A program made the position numbers and the translations under genes. Source: Auanema rhodensis (Eukaryota > Animalia > Nematoda). Taken from it: a stretch of 64,000 bases of DNA. Positions 63,441 to 64,000 of the stretch are shown piece after piece (position 1 is the first letter of the stretch; each line of letters opens with the position of its first letter). The notes below the pieces were generated by a model. It was not told the DNA's origin, ran no database searches, and saw nothing but the letters and a program-made list of their open reading frames with translations. The stretch covers positions 8,680,001-8,744,000 of the forward strand of contig OZ059896.1 in NCBI GenBank assembly GCA_964057225.1, written 5' to 3'.

Positions 63441-64000
63441 TAAAATATAATAATTACATGTGATAAGAATGCATTGAAGCTTTATTACTAGTCTTTTACC
63501 TCTTTACGTCATGACTGATAATCATTTTTGGATACTTTTGTTTACTTCCGTTTATTGTATTATAAGAAAAATAATATTTTTATGTCAGTTGTAGCTGATT
63601 ATACGAGAAAATTGTAATAAATCTTATGATAACATTAATGTTTTTCATTCAATAACATATAATCTATTTCTTTCCATGCATAATGAAAGCTGAAGTAGAA
63701 AAATATTTCCTGTGGCTTCATCTAAAAATGGTTTTCACTTCTTTGTTTCGATTCGAATTCCCTTTTGATGAGATAAATAAAATATGAAAAGCAGATCAAC
63801 TGATTGTTATTACTTTATAAATTAGAATTTGATCATTTGAAAAAGAAAAAATAGTTATAATAGTTATACAGATGTATTCATATGTATCTAAGAGGAAATG
63901 TTCATTTACAGTTTATTCTTAGTTATTTTCAATGAAATAATAATTGATATCATTATTCCAAGAGCTTCAGCTCAAATTATATATTATATAATTTATAGAG

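Noticed and set aside
1-64000. Prokaryote-type systems, tRNA/rRNA genes, telomeric or DNA-elimination repeats, and the many antisense ORFs in the ORF track
   Set aside because: No CRISPR repeats, cloverleafs, rRNA motifs or TTAGGC arrays seen; antisense ORFs are shadows of exons or intron read-through

Overview
AT-rich, gene-dense eukaryotic DNA from a rhabditid (clade V-type) nematode. Introns are mostly 38-50 nt GT-AG, and TTTCAG/TTTTAG trans-splice-type acceptors sit just before many ATGs. I reconstructed about 19 intron-containing genes by hand: a partial ppGalNAc-transferase-like gene, rpl-18, a bed-3-like BED zinc-finger gene, a tandem fatty-acid cluster (fat-1, elo-5, elo-6), an orphan, eif-1.A, a probable operon (ubxn-6, NOPCHAP1-like, dpf-5, eor-1), a DEG-3-subfamily nAChR followed by a GPI-anchored Ly6/three-finger protein, a second orphan, dsc-4 (MTP), a RING gene, wdr-46, the divergent pair sec-24.2/ccr-4, and a secreted Cys-rich repeat protein. 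From memory most C. elegans orthologues lie on chromosome IV. The most unusual locus is ccr-4. Its 1.8-kb intron between the LRR and nuclease domains holds a segment open in two frames that could give an LRR-less deadenylase and an LRR-only protein, and its long introns and 3' UTR contain several GC-enriched multi-stem RNA-like elements. Other candidates are a 33-nt sec-24.2 microexon, a perfect SRE-1 at elo-5, a GT-GG intron in fat-1, dual targeting of DPF-5 and a TOP-type first exon in rpl-18. No rRNA, tRNA, CRISPR array or intact transposon was recognised. Gene names come from remembered similarity, not database searches, and all RNA pairings were found by eye.
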